Of a DNA stretch of 64,000 nt, positions 44,701 to 54,836 are shown piece after piece (positions within the stretch are counted from its first letter, which is position 1; every line of letters starts with the position of its first letter). The stretch comes from Trypanosoma brucei. Its lineage: Eukaryota. The notes under the pieces are model-generated. The model was not told where the DNA came from. It did no database searches and saw only the letters and a program-made list of their open reading frames with translations. Both the position numbers and the translations under genes were made by a program. The stretch lies in contig CP000066.1 in assembly GCA_000002445.1 (NCBI GenBank), forward strand, positions 1,248,001-1,312,000, written 5' to 3'.

Positions 44701-45015
44701 GCAAATAACCTTCTGGTGGGTTTGCGGTACTCGGAAGATGCCATCATACAACAACAGCTGTATGTCGGCAACAGCTTGAGCGACGTCACCGTCCGCTTTG
44801 TCATCAATTTTATTAACAATATAGTTCTTCGCGTAAATAAGGGCTGATAGACTTTGTTCCGCCGGTAATGCCGGGTCCGTCCCAGCGCGGATCAAAGTCA
44901 CCAAATGGAACGGAGCTTGCGGGGACTCCAAGGCTTGCTCCAACTGGTCCGTGGCCGCCGTGCGCTCCTCCTTTGCACCACCGTATGCAACCGATAAGAG
45001 TTGTAGGATATTCAT
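41776..45015 (-). CDS. importin-beta family karyopherin, importin-7/8 (Nmd5/Sxm1)-like
   Basis: ATG verified at 45015 (MNILQLLSVAYGG...). The track ORF begins 33 codons earlier inside a pyrimidine tract. An importin N-terminal (IBN_N) pattern is followed by HEAT-like helices. The acidic loop near the C-terminus (EEAEEIDVEDEDVLGIDDFSDG...DSDDEDEDVEGG) is typical of the importin-7/8 subgroup. Confidence 0.75.
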   Translation of the reverse strand: MNILQLLSVAYGGAKEERTAATDQLEQALESPQAPFHLVTLIRAGTDPALPAEQSLSALIYAKNYIVNKIDDKADGDVAQAVADIQLLLYDGIFRVPQTHQKVICTCISTLISLFQWNYVHKLMPEIICSRDGITADRSIASLRLLYVFVKRYKTPNLVPMGDKLEVCSALITALTPFLSYGDFQVDHMVLKIMECVVEAVLQVKRDHNIPANVFDDWFSTMVTYPERHFAAANDAAAGGSQKVYESYVRCVKRIAMISYSIMNDATKKKSPQPVAKHFLETHAQAFLEVWPRWLEYSATSKARSQHQSTDIAAMRYLKLCTFDENLYRKCLLPRLLQVVESSLFPYLCCNEEDEAVFANADDISDFAQYMLEGTFEDGEVSTRVTASNTIVAFIKGNKDYQENLLPQMLNVITVGLSRGDTSETFAQTFGFLHLFSALRKYLRSDREVWNTQVAQFLVSFVAPRMLPTAFCIPLRFKATTTYQRYVRAPMRTEDFDSFFQLLSSLLQDPDARIRLGVIDVMCSLVEMKRVWPYIKNVLVPLVEECLGFLNRVHTTLVPTMLLFLVENFSPELKPVLHKLGAALVNVFLATAFDMAHQEEAMDENALQDYWSADMSACALLDALQNVLEASANDSQVFKSIMPDVVRLIRAVMERPDNYEFMEKTLGIWLIVVNNAKPITRECWDLLPLLFKSIDSGIGVDFFGLIEEVLDNYISNEAAEYVQNTALMEATFGACEKILFQAVCGVSDKVGVPQLVEALLHQSKHCEAVPGLFDAYLPRFVLLLLRALADKNAHEGEVRLRVWIVVAVMDAFYYNAAATLHIIMENSAYSQFFDSLFNFFRAAINPPQKTKGKKKRGSGGKNADEEVVENLSLLTRKVLALGLISLLQYLTSTSCVTFQSSINLTSFQPYLRQTVALIQHCIFANHTQLVPRCRISEEKITNIRLGVESEEAEEIDVEDEDVLGIDDFSDGGSNVDDCTLDSDDEDEDVEGGVDEGDNYMSPIDDVCEVTLFIQWMVHAQQALGDEFTQQLGRSVPLKTMEEYTAAEATARRYRELVRELNSAMEEDYKVRSAAAAQTQ

Positions 45016-45530
45016 TTGGCGGACCTTTACAAACGCAAACACACCTACTGCTCGAAGTGGTGGGAAAAATAAATAGGAAGGAGGAGGTGAAAGGCATGTG
45101 AGGTCACGAAGCAAAAGACGAGGTAACTGCGGAGTTCTTTGGGGCGTCCGCTGCCTTACTTCTTACCATTTTTTGTTTGTTTTTGTGACTACATTACAGC
45201 CCCAGTGAAGGGTACAGATCGGTGCATTACGGCTCGTTGCCTCCTCACGCCTTTTATGTGCTAGGCAAATCAATTACGTTGCCTGTTCTTTTTTTTGTTC
45301 GTGTCTGAGACCGTGAAGACATCGCCAGTAACGAAGAGCTAAACAATCAAAAGGATAGTAATAGTAGTACAGGTAACAACAAAGAGGCGAAGGAATTGAG
45401 CGGCTGTATGCGCATACGACCTCAAACACCACCAGTGATGGGATGCAGCGAAAAAAAAAAAGGAAGCACATGCGCACCTGATAGGTAAAAAAAAAAATGA
45501 CAAGAGTCTATTTTCTGTGTTGCTTCGTGC

Positions 45531-48500
45531 CTACAGGATAACGTTTGGTGTACCGGCAGTAATGAAAGTAGCTACTTTCCCAGCGTTGATGAACGGAGAA
45601 GTTCCTTTTGGATCGGCAGGGTTGAAAGGTACAAGTGTTCGGTTCGCGTCTTTCGGAATGGCCGCAGCAAATCGGCGCCTCCCAAAACCACTAGACGCAG
45701 TCACTTGTTGTTTGCTTGCCGTGTAAGCTGTTCGTGCTGATTTCACACCCTTTTCTTCCGATTCCACGTTGGGACGCCAGCCGAGGCAGCTGTGCGAACT
45801 CTCCAACGTGGCGAAATGCCCGACGCTCGCACCGGGGCTGTTGGGTGGGCTCTGACGCGGGTAGCCGGTAGAGAGTGACGACATATTCGCACTGACAGGG
45901 TGTGGGGGGCTGCTACCCCTGGGTGTTTCTTCGATTTTCTTCACTAAGGAAGGCAGTGCTACACAGGTATTAATCCTCACGACGTTGACTTTTTCTTCCT
46001 GCTTTGGTGATGCAACTGGTGATGGTTTTACCATGCATGGGGGTAAGATGTGGGTGTTCCTCACTACTTCGATTTCTATTTTCTGGTTAGGTTTCAGGAG
46101 TGGCACAACAACTACTTGATCGGCTGTCTTGGGAAGACGGACCATTACCGTTGGGCCTCCTGCAGCTGAATTCTCACAGAAAAAGAACGGCACCGCTGAT
46201 GTTTCCTTCATGCAGTCCACTGCACGACTAAATCCTTCGCGAGTCATGAGCTTCCGTTGCCTCATGTCAGCCAGCCATCGAAGCAGTGCGATGACATCTT
46301 CAACACTTGCCTCTAGCTCACCCGCCTCACTGGAACTGCCGCACGGCTCTCCGGCTTGTGTCTCCGTGCGAGCCGTCGTTGGAGTCGCGAGAGAGAACAC
46401 CTCAGTTTCTTTGGGTCCGGTTACATCTCCCCATGGGGGGTCGAAAACATTGGCTTCACCCGCGAACACCTCGTTTTGAAGTGCTCCAAGCATCGCCCTG
46501 CCATTTTCAGAAAGCTGACCCACAGGTTTCCAAAACGTTGCGCCGCTTTCCCACCCTTGACTTTCCCCAGATCGTGAGAGAATATCCCCTGGAGGGTACA
46601 GAGGGTAGCCTTTCCCCTCTCCACAAGTTTGGTTTCTTAACTTCCCCGCCTGCTTCAGCTTTAGCGGCTCAGCAGCATCATGCGGCACATGCTCGCGGTT
46701 GGCTTTTGGATACGTAGCCGATGGGGCGTCCGCTTCACGGCGGGAAGGCGTGCTGCGTTCCTTGTCCTTTAGTACCCCAATCGAGAGCTGCGGAACAGTA
46801 ACATTCTTATTTCCACGAGCAAAGTCCTGTGACCTCTCATTCGGTGAAGCGAAGGATCCCTTCTCGCCACTGAATGGAATCGTTCGCGACTCCTTCACAA
46901 GGTGGTCTTTAGCTCTGTCAGCGGACGGTGACAGCCCACCCTTACCCTCGCCCTCTCGCGTAACTGCGCGACTTGACATTGCGTGGCCCATCCGATTCAG
47001 CAGTAATGAGCCATCAGCAGCCCCAGCACAAGTCGTATTTCCAACGGCACGCCCCGAAGCACCTGTGCGGAGTCCCTCGCGACTGCCCACCGACAGACCG
47101 CACGTATAACTCTCGGATGCGGCCGTGCTCGTCCAACCGCTAAGCCCATCATGCGGAACTTCCACGCCAGGCTCCGTTGGTCTCTTCGTGATTCCAAGCA
47201 ACGAAACCTTGCTGGGCTGTCCGCTAGCATTGGCATGCAGTTGCTTCTCACCTAATGCTGGACGACTTGTCGACGCCCGTGTTGGTGGACCCTCGGCGAT
47301 CGTCGTACTCCCGCCTTTGGGTGCTCCTCCATCACCCACAGTAGCTGAAATTTCCGCAGTTTTTTCGGATAGCATGCTTTCATTTTCTTTCCCACCCTCC
47401 CTGCGTGAAATTTTATTGAAGGTCTGTGTCTCCTCAGCGCTGTAGTTATTGTCTTTTCTACCCCGACGTGCCGTTCCGGATACGGGGTACACCTTCTTCT
47501 TGACGAACTTCTTCTCGGCTCGCCCCTTCTTTGAAATCCTCTTTGTTTGCTGTGCTGCTCCTGAATGCACCACAAACTGATCTACTGAGCACCTTGGAGC
47601 ACCTTCGCGCCCGGTTCTGCCACTTGGCGCTGTACGAGCCCCCATTGCTTCCCCTGCTGAGTCTGCAGGAAGTAACTGACGCTTGGTTTCGCTCTCTCGC
47701 ACCGCACGGGGCCTGGTTGAGTCAAGTTGTTTCTTCATATCCCCGCTCTGATCCATCATCATAGCCCTTAGCCCCACGTGTTCCTTGGGTCCCTTTTGGT
47801 AGCTGCCTGTTCCAAGGGCACCTTTGCTGTCGTTTTTCGCCAAATCAACTGGCGCGCTCCTGGCCACATTTTTGTTGGGCTTGCCGTCGAAGCGGTGATC
47901 ATCTGCGCCAAGAAATTCACCACACGGCAACGGTGAAGGATTTCTGTTGGAGTTCCGGCTAAAGGACAGCTGTCCAAGAAGGCTAAAATTCAGGGTTACA
48001 TTTTTCAGTAGGTCCCGATCCGGCCGCGATCCTGATGTTATACGCTCACCTTGGCTTTCACAGGATCCGTTGAATTCCGGCATCCCCCTTCTCGTAGACG
48101 CGCTCTCTACTCCAAATTCAGTCAGATATATATCGTTCCCCAGCGTGGTACCACTAAGTTCTTCTGCATCTCCATTATAGTGAGATAGATGTGACGGATC
48201 GAAAGAAGGCGCAGAACAGCTATCTCCTTCAATCCCCATGAATCCTCCTGAGGGTGTTGGGTATCTCGGGCGTTCGCTGCCAGCCGGCGTGGTGCCCTCT
48301 TCCTTTCCTTTCCCACCTGGCACCGGACTGCGTCCAACATTGATGGCTGCGAGACTTTTCCTACGTGTCCTCCGTCTCTTCTTTGATTGCATGGCAACAC
48401 TACTTCTTCTCCTCAAATCCGCCTCTCGATTCCTCCTCGCTACTGTGCTCAAACCCATTGTGCGAACAAACGTTTCCGGTGGGCCGCGCCTTGGGGGCCC

Positions 48501-51500
48501 GCGCTGCTGCACTTCCACATTGGTACTGTATAGCGGTGGGGAAGGACGTCTAGGTGCCCTTTCCAAACCTTTTTCTACATGCCTCGCCGATAGTTGTGGG
48601 TCCTCGGTCACGGCTTCCAAGTGCTCCTCGAGAGGTATTTGGAGCATTGTCTCATCTTCGCTCTTGGAAGCGCCCAAGTCTGCACTGGGATCGGGGCCAG
48701 GTCCCCAACCACTAGCAGTGTCCTGATGCTTATCCAATGGATCACGAACTCTTTCTGAAGAACCCACCACGCTCGTAACGTGAGAATTACTCATCCATGT
48801 GCCTTGGTCCTCTTCGCGATCACTGGTTAGCTGATGGCTCTCTTTTTTGTCAGATTGCAGTTTCTTCATTTGAGATATACCCTCATCGACACCAAGCAAC
48901 ATGTTACTGTTATACGTTTGGCTAGCTGCGCTACCGGTGGTGGGACGATTCTCCTCTTCAACTATCAGCGTGATGTTGCTCCCCTCTAACCACGACTGTA
49001 GCTCATTCACAATATCTTCCGGGGCACGGGATATATCGTTGTCGGGGGTGAACTCATAAGGTGGTATCTTCCTTCTCCTTCCGGCCCCCCTCCCGACTAC
49101 CGGGGCTCGTTTCTGCTTCACATCGGCCTGTGCCCCCTCACCTCCCGGCGTTTTTTCATCTGTACCCCTGTTGGCCCTTGACATCTGTGGCTGAACCCCG
49201 CCTTGTTCCCCGCCCTCGGCCTGATCTCCCTCTTTCTCATCGTCTTCCACTGTGTTCAAACTCTCTCGTATAACTGGGGGAAGGGTTGCTGCGCTTGGCA
49301 TCCCCCTCAAATCATTTCTTGTCCAAGCCGGTGCTGCCCGCAACCACTTCGCGAGGGTGGTTAGAAACCTTTCCTCCACAGCGGCGTGATTCCCCACCCT
49401 CTTGCCCGACTTCTCCCCGATGGAAGTAGCCTCAATATGTTTGGAATTCTCTATAACCACATTATTTGCACCGGCAAGAATACCACCATTTTCGATTGGT
49501 TGCACAAAGGCATTTTCTCTCATAACGCCACCCGCGTGGCTCATAATTTTCACAGCCGCCTTATCATGCGAGTCAAAAGTGTTTCCATCCATCGTCGGTG
49601 CACATTCAGCGAGCAGTACGACCCCATAAATACCCCGTAGGAATTTGTTCCCACTAAGTTTTGTACTGCATTCGGAACCCAGTGACACGGAGGTATTCCC
49701 CGAACTAAATAGACACTCTTCTACAACGCCGTTCCCAACGGAGCACAACAGCGGAGATGAGCTCTTATCCGTACCAATGATTTCGCAGTGCGAGAAGACT
49801 GGTTCGGCGTGCTTGTTCAGCGTTACCATCCCCGGTTGAGCACTTGAACGGGCGAAGAAGAAGCAGTCGTGAAAGGCGGTTTTTGCGTGCTGGCACGCCT
49901 CTACTGCCCTGAGGCAGCGCAAGAAGATGCAGTTCACAATACGGCCTCCAGCACGCTCACCGGCAAAGAGGCCAAGGCTTAGCCCACTAAAATACGATTC
50001 ACACACCATCGACTGGGACACGCCCTCCAAGGCCACCCCTCTTCCCTTAGATCCAATGAACAGCGACCTGTAAATAATGACAGCGGCTTGCTCACCCAAC
50101 GTGACTGCGGTACCGGCTTCCGAGCAGAAGCAGTTATACGCCAATATGCATTGACCTCGGGCTATTTGTTGGGACGCGCAGACATCAGCAGTACCACTGT
50201 TAAGGAACAGACAGGTCACGACATGCGCCGTGGTCTCTTTCCCTATCTGCACACCAACATCGTTTCCGTCAAATGTATTCTTATTAACTATAACCACACT
50301 CCCCGTGGATTCTAGGAACACACCGCACACATTCTTGATAAACCGGTTGCTCGCGAAATGTCCTATTCCACCGTCGCACACAGACACTGCTCTGCTGTTA
50401 CTGCTATCCTGTTGCTTGAAGATGTTTTCTACCACAACAGGATGTGCCCCCGTTGTTACCATTATGCCACATTTCTTGTTACCACTGAACTCATTTCGCC
50501 ACACTTTGGTTTTGGCTTCAGTCTCACAGAGGCACCCACATGTATTCTCCTCGAGGATGTTACCCGCAACGACGCCACAACACCCTGGGCTACGCATCGT
50601 AACTGCCGTTCCACATTTGCGGAAGACGTTGTTGTAAACGTAGACTCTAGGCGACTCTTCCATGACAATCCCGCTTGTAGCCTGCTCAAAAATATTATTC
50701 TGCACACAAGTGAGCACATTCTCAGTGGATATGTGAACACTTTTTTTTGAACTATCCTTGAAGCAGTTGTCGCGTATTTGAACCTCACCCCTATCTCCCC
50801 CAACCGTGATTCCACAGTTTCCATCACGAAGAAAACGGGACCTATGCACCTCCACGTATTGCGGACTTGTTATAATCACTCCTTGCAGGTTGCCTATGAA
50901 AACGCAACCCTCGGCGTCCACCCTTCCATATTCCTCCACGCAAATCGCCTTTCTTGAGGTTTCAAATGTGGTCGCCACTATGTGCACCAGCGGGCCTTGT
51001 CCCACCTCCACACTCGCCTTAGTGCTATTGTCAAACATGCAGTTTTCTACAAGTATTCTGCTTTCATCAGATGCAGGTGCATTCCAGTGACACGAGAGAC
51101 CTATTCCGTTGTCTTTAAGCACGCATCGTGAAAGATGGGAATCAATGAAGCCACTGTCACTAGGAGAAGATTCAGGATGCGTAAACATGGCAGCGACGCC
51201 CATATATCGTAGAATGCATTTCACCATACTGACAGCCGATTCCACACGCACACCAACGCCTGCACCCTCTAAAACGCAGCTGTGCAACTCAGGTATACAG
51301 CCTCCCGCAGCGATGACATTCGCCTCTTTGTTGTTTTCTAGCTGACAGAGCGAGATATGTGGACGGAGGTTCCCTTGGTAATCGTTCCCACTGCAGAGTA
51401 TTCCGCTGCACTCGTTACCGCTGATGCAACAGCTTTCCAATGTTACACTGGATTGAAGCACAATTCCGCTGCCTTTATTATCGAATATTTCGCAGTTTTT

Positions 51501-54500
51501 AACTTTCACGAGCGCCACATCATCACTATCATCGCCCGCTTCGTCTGCAGTAATCTCCACACCGTGGCTCTCCGAGTTTTGTATGGTGATGAACGTGACT
51601 TCTGCTTCCTTTGAAAGTCTTGCGGGAAGAAGAACGCCACGGCCCCTCGATCCACTTACTTGTACCGCCTGCAGGATCGTTCGGCTGCCATGCTCTGCCA
51701 CAATCCCTGTTGTGCACTCCTGAACGGTTGACTTCGTGATTTCACCAACACTCTGGGACATGTACCATACCCCTGCGTTCTCACAACGACTAATTGTGAG
51801 ATCTCTAAAAGTCGCCCACCTGAGTATGCTGCCACCGAGTTCAACATCAATAATCCTATTGCTGCCTCCACTCGTGTGAGTTTCTGTTGGACACTCTTCA
51901 ACTAACGCCTGCGCCTCACTGTCCAATTCCTGTATTGCCATTGTCTCTTCGTCAGCTGGTGACGCAAACAGCACTCCAATTGCGCACTTCTCCACGGTTA
52001 CCCGTTCCGCCAAAAGCCGTGCAGCCGTAGAAGCGAGAAATCCAGCTCTCGAACATTTTGTGATGTCACACCTATTCATGCGCACCACAGCACCGCTTTT
52101 CACGACAACACCAACACCTTTCTCCGCAATGCCCGCACCGATCCTGCACTTTTCGAAGTACAGCGTGGTATCACAATCACCGGCCACAACGCCCTCCTCG
52201 CATTCGTCTCCTCCAATGGTACAGCTGAGGAACAGCGCACTCCCTTCTCTCACCGATCTGGAGAAAGAAGTTTCCCTGATGCGTTCACCCTCCCCGGGAA
52301 TCGCCACAACACCCTGACGCTGCTGTGCAATAAAGCAGTCCTTGAAGCTAACATTGTCCGGCTGCCTGAGCAGCACGCCCTTTCCATTACGGTTAATGAC
52401 ACACTGCTCTAATGAACAAGCACCGTTTTCTAATATAGCGACTCCAGCCACGCCACACTTCTCAACAGTGGCCTGAACAACTGTAGCATTGGGAGAGGGG
52501 CCTGCAACAACAATACCGTACTTTTGGCAGGCATTAACTTTTACAGTGTCGAGTGACACCATTGTCCCCCGCGTAAATGTAATCCCTATGCTGCAATTCA
52601 ACACCTGGATATCGTTGACTTTGTCGGAAGCCCCGAACTTGGCAAGCACTCCCGTCTTGCACCCACTGATAATGAGTCGACTCAAAGTACCCTCTGCACA
52701 AAGATTCAAACCGACTGCCGAATCAGATATCGTGTTCTTTCGTACTACTACGGGTGTATGCGACTCACAAGAAACGCCAAAATCTCTACATGAGTTAATG
52801 CTATTTTCTTCGACAACGCCCTTGGCCGCTCCTGTATACTGGATGCCGTGGCCAACCCGATTCATGTGGCACTTTACAACCCTGCAATGCGTTTCGGCTC
52901 CGTCAGCATTGACAACACCACTCCTACAATCCGTAAACGTGCACCCCTCGATGAGTGCCTCAGCGCCTGTCCCTGCCTGAATACAAGTAGCGGAACAGTC
53001 GCGCATATGGTTACTGCTTATGGTAGCGGTGCCCATTTCGAAGGCGTATACTCCTGGTCCCGTCAAGCCACGGAAGTTATTACCAACAACCGTACATTCG
53101 CTTCCCGGACCCGCCACGACAACGCCGTAGCGAGAAATTGCTACATCATTTCCCCGCACATGAGCTGTACTTTGTTTCTTCACGTAAATGACCTCCCGCA
53201 TGGAACCTAAGTTGTTTTTTTCAATAGTTGCCCTCGAGCCTTCTTCTACAAGTACACCTTCCTTTTGGCTAATCAGCAGGGAGTTACCAACGAGATGGCA
53301 GTTGCTGCGGCCCGTTACCACAACGGAGGCGCCGCCGCTTCCTTTCAATGTATTTCTGCTAAGTGTTGCCTGACTTGACTCTTCAATAACAATGTGATGC
53401 ACGGACACATCCTTAATGGAACTGTTCTCCAGGACGAGCCGGCTTCCTCCCGACATTGTAATCGCTGTCGCCATCCTCGACACTTTCACCCCTCGGATGA
53501 CTACATTTGAGTTATCTTGTATAAAAATACCGTACATACTTTCATTGAACCCAGAGACAAGGTTGTCGTCGATAACCACCGAACCATGATTGCAGATAGA
53601 GAATCCGGTGACGCTATTTCTGGAGAGCACATTTTGTGTAACAACACTTCCCGTACAGTCTCCGACAAAAGCCATACCTGTTGATGACTCTGCTACATTA
53701 CATTCGTTAACCTTAACCGCTGAACGATCAATGACAAACCCATAATAAGAGTTCCACTGCAAATTACATCTACATATTGAGACACATGGACCAATGGCAT
53801 CCTCACCATCGCCACCGCTGCTCTCTTCACGTACATGGGTGGTGCGTGCGTAAATTCCAGCACCACAGCCCTGAACATCATTTCCATCGACTGTAACTGT
53901 AGAGTCCCCGCCCACAACAATACCCCAGGCACTACAGTTGCCTATGCGGTTGCCACAAAAGCACTCGGGGGAGAGTCTGCAGTCGTTAATACGGAACCCT
54001 GTTACACCATTAGACAACATATTGGACACCATAACAGGGTGGGCATTGTGAACCACACGCACCAGAGCCGCACCTTCGGGTGCGACCCTCTTCAGCAAAA
54101 CTTGAAGTGAGTGCGTGGGTACTTGATCCACCTGAGAATTACTGGCCGCCTCCCCACCGCCAGTAATAATGTTGTCATGAAATAACACCTCCGTCGTCCC
54201 AGAGAGACGCCCACTCATGTGCACAACCACGCCGCTCCGCCCTTTGGTTTCACTAATACGATTGTGGCGTACGATCGGCTTTCCTGCCGTGTCGAAATAG
54301 AGGCTCTCACCCTCGTGGTCAAAGATGTGATTATGCTCATAAATCCCGCTGCCGTTTCCAATGACAGAAATTCCAACCCCATGGCGCGAGCTGTGAATAC
54401 GGCAGTGCGATACATGCGGTTTGGAGTCATTTTTTACATACAGAGAAGTCATATCGCATTCTTCAATGCGCGGGTTGCCCCGTTTAACTACAACAGCTTG

Positions 54501-54836
54501 ATTTTCCGAAGCACGATTTCCCTTCGCTGTGATATTCAGGCCGTGCAAAATGATCGGCCCATCCACGTCAACTACCAAGCAAGGGCCCACAGAAACAATG
54601 GTGGGAGGCTCCGCATCCTTTGCACCGCACAATTCTAGTGGATGCTTTATGGTGATGTTTTCGAAGTACGTGCCACTTTCCACCACAATGCGGTCATATG
54701 GGCGGGAAGCAAGAATTGCGTCAGTGATCTGGTGGAACGCCGCCGTGACGGTTTTACCCACACGAATTTGTCGTGTCTCAAGGCCGTGAAGCGCACTTAT
54801 AACGCGTGGATAATCGGAATCTGCGACAAGAGTCAT
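45531..54836 (-). CDS. giant (about 3,100 aa) protein: about 1,700 aa of tandem right-handed parallel beta-helix repeats, then about 1,100 aa of low-complexity disordered sequence and a short C-terminal domain
   Basis: The track start at 54866 is TTG. The first ATG is at 54836 (MTLVADSDYPRV...). PbH1-like units about 22-25 aa long, with G-x-N/I/V ladders, recur about 60 times (e.g. GNRIGNCSAWGIVVGGDSTVTVDGNDVQGCGAGIYAR). After about codon 1,750 the composition shifts to Ser/Gly/Pro/Arg/Thr-rich. A single ORF spans 9.3 kb. Confidence 0.85.
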   Translation of the reverse strand: MTLVADSDYPRVISALHGLETRQIRVGKTVTAAFHQITDAILASRPYDRIVVESGTYFENITIKHPLELCGAKDAEPPTIVSVGPCLVVDVDGPIILHGLNITAKGNRASENQAVVVKRGNPRIEECDMTSLYVKNDSKPHVSHCRIHSSRHGVGISVIGNGSGIYEHNHIFDHEGESLYFDTAGKPIVRHNRISETKGRSGVVVHMSGRLSGTTEVLFHDNIITGGGEAASNSQVDQVPTHSLQVLLKRVAPEGAALVRVVHNAHPVMVSNMLSNGVTGFRINDCRLSPECFCGNRIGNCSAWGIVVGGDSTVTVDGNDVQGCGAGIYARTTHVREESSGGDGEDAIGPCVSICRCNLQWNSYYGFVIDRSAVKVNECNVAESSTGMAFVGDCTGSVVTQNVLSRNSVTGFSICNHGSVVIDDNLVSGFNESMYGIFIQDNSNVVIRGVKVSRMATAITMSGGSRLVLENSSIKDVSVHHIVIEESSQATLSRNTLKGSGGASVVVTGRSNCHLVGNSLLISQKEGVLVEEGSRATIEKNNLGSMREVIYVKKQSTAHVRGNDVAISRYGVVVAGPGSECTVVGNNFRGLTGPGVYAFEMGTATISSNHMRDCSATCIQAGTGAEALIEGCTFTDCRSGVVNADGAETHCRVVKCHMNRVGHGIQYTGAAKGVVEENSINSCRDFGVSCESHTPVVVRKNTISDSAVGLNLCAEGTLSRLIISGCKTGVLAKFGASDKVNDIQVLNCSIGITFTRGTMVSLDTVKVNACQKYGIVVAGPSPNATVVQATVEKCGVAGVAILENGACSLEQCVINRNGKGVLLRQPDNVSFKDCFIAQQRQGVVAIPGEGERIRETSFSRSVREGSALFLSCTIGGDECEEGVVAGDCDTTLYFEKCRIGAGIAEKGVGVVVKSGAVVRMNRCDITKCSRAGFLASTAARLLAERVTVEKCAIGVLFASPADEETMAIQELDSEAQALVEECPTETHTSGGSNRIIDVELGGSILRWATFRDLTISRCENAGVWYMSQSVGEITKSTVQECTTGIVAEHGSRTILQAVQVSGSRGRGVLLPARLSKEAEVTFITIQNSESHGVEITADEAGDDSDDVALVKVKNCEIFDNKGSGIVLQSSVTLESCCISGNECSGILCSGNDYQGNLRPHISLCQLENNKEANVIAAGGCIPELHSCVLEGAGVGVRVESAVSMVKCILRYMGVAAMFTHPESSPSDSGFIDSHLSRCVLKDNGIGLSCHWNAPASDESRILVENCMFDNSTKASVEVGQGPLVHIVATTFETSRKAICVEEYGRVDAEGCVFIGNLQGVIITSPQYVEVHRSRFLRDGNCGITVGGDRGEVQIRDNCFKDSSKKSVHISTENVLTCVQNNIFEQATSGIVMEESPRVYVYNNVFRKCGTAVTMRSPGCCGVVAGNILEENTCGCLCETEAKTKVWRNEFSGNKKCGIMVTTGAHPVVVENIFKQQDSSNSRAVSVCDGGIGHFASNRFIKNVCGVFLESTGSVVIVNKNTFDGNDVGVQIGKETTAHVVTCLFLNSGTADVCASQQIARGQCILAYNCFCSEAGTAVTLGEQAAVIIYRSLFIGSKGRGVALEGVSQSMVCESYFSGLSLGLFAGERAGGRIVNCIFLRCLRAVEACQHAKTAFHDCFFFARSSAQPGMVTLNKHAEPVFSHCEIIGTDKSSSPLLCSVGNGVVEECLFSSGNTSVSLGSECSTKLSGNKFLRGIYGVVLLAECAPTMDGNTFDSHDKAAVKIMSHAGGVMRENAFVQPIENGGILAGANNVVIENSKHIEATSIGEKSGKRVGNHAAVEERFLTTLAKWLRAAPAWTRNDLRGMPSAATLPPVIRESLNTVEDDEKEGDQAEGGEQGGVQPQMSRANRGTDEKTPGGEGAQADVKQKRAPVVGRGAGRRRKIPPYEFTPDNDISRAPEDIVNELQSWLEGSNITLIVEEENRPTTGSAASQTYNSNMLLGVDEGISQMKKLQSDKKESHQLTSDREEDQGTWMSNSHVTSVVGSSERVRDPLDKHQDTASGWGPGPDPSADLGASKSEDETMLQIPLEEHLEAVTEDPQLSARHVEKGLERAPRRPSPPLYSTNVEVQQRGPPRRGPPETFVRTMGLSTVARRNREADLRRRSSVAMQSKKRRRTRRKSLAAINVGRSPVPGGKGKEEGTTPAGSERPRYPTPSGGFMGIEGDSCSAPSFDPSHLSHYNGDAEELSGTTLGNDIYLTEFGVESASTRRGMPEFNGSCESQGERITSGSRPDRDLLKNVTLNFSLLGQLSFSRNSNRNPSPLPCGEFLGADDHRFDGKPNKNVARSAPVDLAKNDSKGALGTGSYQKGPKEHVGLRAMMMDQSGDMKKQLDSTRPRAVRESETKRQLLPADSAGEAMGARTAPSGRTGREGAPRCSVDQFVVHSGAAQQTKRISKKGRAEKKFVKKKVYPVSGTARRGRKDNNYSAEETQTFNKISRREGGKENESMLSEKTAEISATVGDGGAPKGGSTTIAEGPPTRASTSRPALGEKQLHANASGQPSKVSLLGITKRPTEPGVEVPHDGLSGWTSTAASESYTCGLSVGSREGLRTGASGRAVGNTTCAGAADGSLLLNRMGHAMSSRAVTREGEGKGGLSPSADRAKDHLVKESRTIPFSGEKGSFASPNERSQDFARGNKNVTVPQLSIGVLKDKERSTPSRREADAPSATYPKANREHVPHDAAEPLKLKQAGKLRNQTCGEGKGYPLYPPGDILSRSGESQGWESGATFWKPVGQLSENGRAMLGALQNEVFAGEANVFDPPWGDVTGPKETEVFSLATPTTARTETQAGEPCGSSSEAGELEASVEDVIALLRWLADMRQRKLMTREGFSRAVDCMKETSAVPFFFCENSAAGGPTVMVRLPKTADQVVVVPLLKPNQKIEIEVVRNTHILPPCMVKPSPVASPKQEEKVNVVRINTCVALPSLVKKIEETPRGSSPPHPVSANMSSLSTGYPRQSPPNSPGASVGHFATLESSHSCLGWRPNVESEEKGVKSARTAYTASKQQVTASSGFGRRRFAAAIPKDANRTLVPFNPADPKGTSPFINAGKVATFITAGTPNVIL

